Source of the DNA: Candidatus Kuenenia stuttgartensis | Lineage (GTDB): Bacteria; Planctomycetota; GCA-002687715; CAIWVZ01 | Assembly: GCA_945860915.1 (NCBI GenBank) | Contig: CAMARR010000007.1 | Coordinates: 37,010-101,009 of the forward strand | Length of the DNA: 64,000 nt | Direction of reading: 5' to 3' | Shown here: positions 60,900-64,000 of the stretch, in pieces | Numbering within the stretch: the stretch's first letter is position 1 | Layout: each line of letters begins with the position of its first letter | Notes under the pieces: generated by a model | What the model saw: only the letters and a program-made list of their open reading frames with translations | Database searches by the model: none | What the model was told of the DNA's origin: nothing | Position numbers and translations under genes: made by a program

Positions 60900-62285
60900 A
60901 TGAGTTCTGCCCCCCGCCCTGTCATGAAACCCGTCAACAGCGTCCTCGAGCTCATTGGGTGCACCCCCATGGTGCGTCTCCGACGAGTCGCCGACGGCAT
61001 AAGAACTCAAGTAATCGCGAAATGCGAGATGTTCAACCCTGGAGCAAGCGTCAAAGACCGAATCGGCCTTTCGATGATTGAAGCGGCCGAGCGTGATGGC
61101 CGTTTACGTCCAGGTGGTCTTGTCGTCGAGGCAACATCCGGCAATACCGGGGTTGGATTGGCCTTGGCTGCAGCGATCAAGGGATATCGAACGCTATTCA
61201 CGATTCCCGACAAGATGTCCATGGAGAAGATCAAGCTTCTCAAAGCCCTCGGAGCCGAGGTTATCGTAACGCCGACGGTTGCCGCCACACATCCCGAGTA
61301 CTACGTCACCGTTGGGCGCCGCATCGCGTCAGAACACACCAACGCGATCTTCATTGACCAGTTCTACAACGAGGTCAACCCCGCGACGCATGAGCGCTCC
61401 ACCGGTCCCGAGATATGGGAGCAAACGGATGGCCGCATCACGGCACTCGTCGGAGGAATGGGCACGGGTGGCACCATGACGGGATGCAGTCGTTATCTGA
61501 AATCCAAGAACCCGGCGATCCGAATCATCGGCTCCGATCCCGACGGCTCGACATTTAAACATGTGAAGGACACCGGACATTGCGGTACCGGGCAGCCCTA
61601 TAAGATCGAAGGCATCGGCGGAGACAAAGTCCCTGGCACTCTCGATCTAAAGTCGATCGATGAGATTCGCAGAGTCAACGACAAGGACTCGTTTCTCATG
61701 GCCCGCCGTTTGGCTCGGGAAGAAGGACTTTTCGTTGGTGGTTCGTCGGGAATGGCAGCCGTTGTTGCACTCGACGTAGCGCGAGAAATTGACGATCCCG
61801 CGGCAATTGTCGTTGTCCTGCTCACCGACACGGGCGAACGCTATTTATCGAAGCTTCACAGCGACGAGTGGATGACAGAAAATCGATTCCTCGATCCGAC
61901 GGACGTGAGGGTTCGTGACCTTTTGGGAAAGAAGCGCGGGGGCGCACTGATTTCTGTGACTCCCGAGAAGACTGCAAAGCAAGTACTGTCAATCTTTACT
62001 CAAAACAACATCTCGCAAATGCCTGTCGTGGACGGGGATCGATGCGTCGGCTCCGTGAAGGAAGGCGACCTGATGGCGCGCATCATCGAAGTCCCAGCAA
62101 CCCTCGATGTTTCCATCAGCCGATTAATGGGCCCTCCGTACCCCGTGGTCACGGAGTCTGATCCCGTGGATCATGTCGCCCGGCTCTTCACGCGAGAGAA
62201 CGAGGCTGTCGTTGTCCAATCGGCAGGAGCGCTCAATGGCATCCTGACTCGTTACGACCTCATCCAACATCTGACGGGTCGCTAG
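60900..62285 (+). CDS. cbs: Cystathionine beta-synthase (PLP domain + CBS pair)
   Basis: NPGASVKDR, EATSGNTG, GMGTGGT, EGIG, GGSSG; C-terminal CBS domains (ISQMPVV, GILTRYD). Confidence 0.9.
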   Translation: MSSAPRPVMKPVNSVLELIGCTPMVRLRRVADGIRTQVIAKCEMFNPGASVKDRIGLSMIEAAERDGRLRPGGLVVEATSGNTGVGLALAAAIKGYRTLFTIPDKMSMEKIKLLKALGAEVIVTPTVAATHPEYYVTVGRRIASEHTNAIFIDQFYNEVNPATHERSTGPEIWEQTDGRITALVGGMGTGGTMTGCSRYLKSKNPAIRIIGSDPDGSTFKHVKDTGHCGTGQPYKIEGIGGDKVPGTLDLKSIDEIRRVNDKDSFLMARRLAREEGLFVGGSSGMAAVVALDVAREIDDPAAIVVVLLTDTGERYLSKLHSDEWMTENRFLDPTDVRVRDLLGKKRGGALISVTPEKTAKQVLSIFTQNNISQMPVVDGDRCVGSVKEGDLMARIIEVPATLDVSISRLMGPPYPVVTESDPVDHVARLFTRENEAVVVQSAGALNGILTRYDLIQHLTGR

Positions 62286-62307
62286 TCTCCCAGTCGCGAA
62301 ATGAAAT

Positions 62308-62343
62308 AGGCCGCGTCTTCCGTCGAAGGCGCGGCCTGCTTTT
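62308..62343. terminator. Probable bidirectional intrinsic terminator between cbs and rpsU
   Basis: AGGCCGCGTCTTC-CGTC-GAAGGCGCGGCCT stem, followed by GCTTTT on + and ATTTCATTT on -; lies between convergent genes. Confidence 0.75.
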
Positions 62344-62363
62344 GTGTACTCAACTCGCGATTG

Positions 62364-62567
62364 TCACATCGCGTCGCGAGCGCGCGAAGCAAGTCGAATA
62401 GTCTTGATGCGTTCCTTTTCCTTGCGGCGACGACGCTCGCTCGGCTTTTCATAGTGCGACTTGAGCTTCATCCCGCGGTCGAGGCCTTCAGCATTGCAAA
62501 GGCGCTTGAGACGGCGCATGGCCTTCTCGACGGGCTCGTTATCACGAACTTGGACGCGAATTCCCAA
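62364..62567 (-). CDS. rpsU: 30S ribosomal protein S21
   Basis: VRDNEPVEKAMRRLKR...YEKPSERRRRK. Confidence 0.95.
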   Translation of the reverse strand: MGIRVQVRDNEPVEKAMRRLKRLCNAEGLDRGMKLKSHYEKPSERRRRKEKERIKTIRLASRARDAM

Positions 62568-62645
62568 ACGGCTTCTCCGAAATGTTCGATTTGACCATTC
62601 CCCGTATGAGAATGGACCGCCATGTTGGCACGTCTTTCGATGAGT

Positions 62646-63017
62646 TCAACCGCCTGCCGCATTCTCCATCGGACGCGGAGCAACGACGGCGGGCGCCTGG
62701 GGTGCCTTCGCGGGAGCCTTTGCCCCAAGCAGGTGCTTCTGTGCCAAGTCCTTCATCATGCGACCGGCTTTGAAGTGAACGACCACTTTCGCGGGCACGT
62801 CAACCCGAACGCCGCTTTTGGGGTTACGAGCTTTTCTTGCAGCACGTGTCTTGATCTCGAAGACACCGAACTCGCGAAACTCAAGGCGATTACCGCGAGC
62901 GAGTTCGCTAATAATCTCCGAGATAAACTGTTGAATCACTCTCTTAACGATGACTTTCTTCTGGCCTGTCCGCTCGGCAATGCGGTAGGCGAGTTCCTTC
63001 TTGGTGACCGTATCCAT
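62646..63017 (-). CDS. HU/IHF family DNA-binding protein
   Basis: TKKEL, LEFREFGVFE, ARKARNPKSG..V.VPAK.VVHFKAG; Ala/Pro-rich tail. Confidence 0.95.
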   Translation of the reverse strand: MDTVTKKELAYRIAERTGQKKVIVKRVIQQFISEIISELARGNRLEFREFGVFEIKTRAARKARNPKSGVRVDVPAKVVVHFKAGRMMKDLAQKHLLGAKAPAKAPQAPAVVAPRPMENAAGG

Positions 63018-63190
63018 CGCAGCATCTCCACAATATCCACAAGAGCAGTCATCTGCCCCCGCATGGATCGTAATGCTAGACCAAATAGGGATCTAGGGCA
63101 AATTTGCGATATCAATTCCGAACATTCCCAACGTCACAAGTCGTGATTCTCCACAGCCAGCGCGTAGCCGTTCCGAGCACGAGGATTCCC

Positions 63191-63658
63191 CTACTGGACG
63201 CTCCATGCCGAAATGAGGTCGTCGGGAGTCGTCGCTTCCATAACCATCTGGCGCACTTGGGGTTGCATCCATGCCTCTGCAAGCTGCGCAAGAAAACCCA
63301 GGTGCCGCGACCTTGCCTCGGGCGTTGAAGGCTCAACCAAGACGACAGCGCAAACCGTGGGTTGCCCATCCATGGCTTCGAAATCAACGGGGTGCATCAA
63401 GGTCACAACAGCGGCAACCGGCTCACTAAGGCCGACGCAAAACCCGTGCGGCACCGCTAGCCCATGCTCCAGCCCTGTGGCGAGGTCCCTCTCCCGTTCA
63501 AGGACTGCCTGCAGGGCAATTGTTCTTAGTTCCTCGGAAATCGCGCCCGCCTTGCATAGCTGCGCAACCGCCTGAGTAGCGACATCAAAACGATCCACCG
63601 CAGTTACATGCAAAAGGGCATGTTTGGGGACGAGAATATCCGCGAGCGACGTGGGCAT
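63191..63658 (-). CDS. PTS EIIA (fructose/mannitol/Ntr-type) domain protein
   Basis: LERE...ATGLEHGLAVPHG, VDFEAMDGQP, HLGFLA. Confidence 0.9.
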   Translation of the reverse strand: MPTSLADILVPKHALLHVTAVDRFDVATQAVAQLCKAGAISEELRTIALQAVLERERDLATGLEHGLAVPHGFCVGLSEPVAAVVTLMHPVDFEAMDGQPTVCAVVLVEPSTPEARSRHLGFLAQLAEAWMQPQVRQMVMEATTPDDLISAWSVQ

Positions 63659-63852
63659 GGTTGGAACCTAGCGGATGGGGTACCGCATCCAAGGGTGTTG
63701 ATCGAACCGGGAAGTCTACGAGGTCAAGTGACGTAGATGCACAAATCGGCCTCGACGAACCCTGCTCCAACACGCACAATCCAAACCGCTGCAACTTCGA
63801 GATTATGCCTGAGCTAGGCAAGTTGACGTTGATGCCGCTTCGAGGAGACATC

Positions 63853-64000
63853 GTGGTCCAACGCTTGCGTATCCCCGTATCTGCCAAGGCACTTGTGACT
63901 GTTTTGTGCATCGCATTTTCTGCGTTTGCGCAATCACGTCCTGCCGAAGACACCTATACCTATTCGATCAGCGCCGAGGGCATCCCCCTCGAAACGCTCG
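63853..64000 (+). CDS. Secreted protein, truncated by window end
   Basis: GAGGAG RBS, then GTG; VVQRLRIPVSAKALVTVLCIAFSAFA|QSRPAEDTYTYSISAEGIPLETL; open to the end of the window. Confidence 0.65.
   Translation, partial: MVQRLRIPVSAKALVTVLCIAFSAFAQSRPAEDTYTYSISAEGIPLETL

Noticed and set aside
62625..62641. TTGGCACG resembling a sigma-54 -24 element
   Set aside because: The -12 position reads GA rather than GC, and it points antisense into the HU gene
63792..63826. Small hairpin TGCCT-GAGCT-AGGCA with flanking CAACT/AGTTG before the last gene
   Set aside because: Short stems with no recognisable RNA family motif; compatible with chance

Overview
GC-rich, densely coded bacterial chromosomal segment with about 65 CDSs, most likely from a Planctomycetota genome (inferred from protein-family content, not shown directly). 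No rRNA, tRNA, CRISPR array or mobile element is evident. Housekeeping blocks: an ABC module with a divergent FHA protein, wzx-GT4-GT4, hutH-hutU, a sensor kinase/sigma-54 regulator/thiS-thiG operon, nusA-infB-rbfA, galE-dacB-rarA-suhB, purC-mtnA, thiC-resB-ccsA-PTPS-folE-nth, a cysteine desulfurase with a BFD-type ferredoxin, uppP, cbs, rpsU, HU and PTS EIIA. The most notable region is a nucleotide/nucleoside catabolism neighbourhood at about 42-55.5 kb: secreted 5'-nucleotidase, NupC, adenosine and cytidine deaminases and a divergent phosphomutase, then an operon with three BMC pentamer (EutN/CcmL) genes, RpiB and DeoC with encapsulation-peptide-like N-termini, and uridine phosphorylase. This resembles a sugar-phosphate-utilising microcompartment locus, but no hexamer or trimer shell genes are in the window. 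Several proteins look like pseudo-enzymes or variant enzymes: a histidine kinase with a degenerate ATP-binding domain, an L,D-transpeptidase lacking its catalytic His/Cys, a GT2-like protein without DxD, and RpiB with Cys->Asp. Start codons were refined by eye and functions assigned by motif recognition only.
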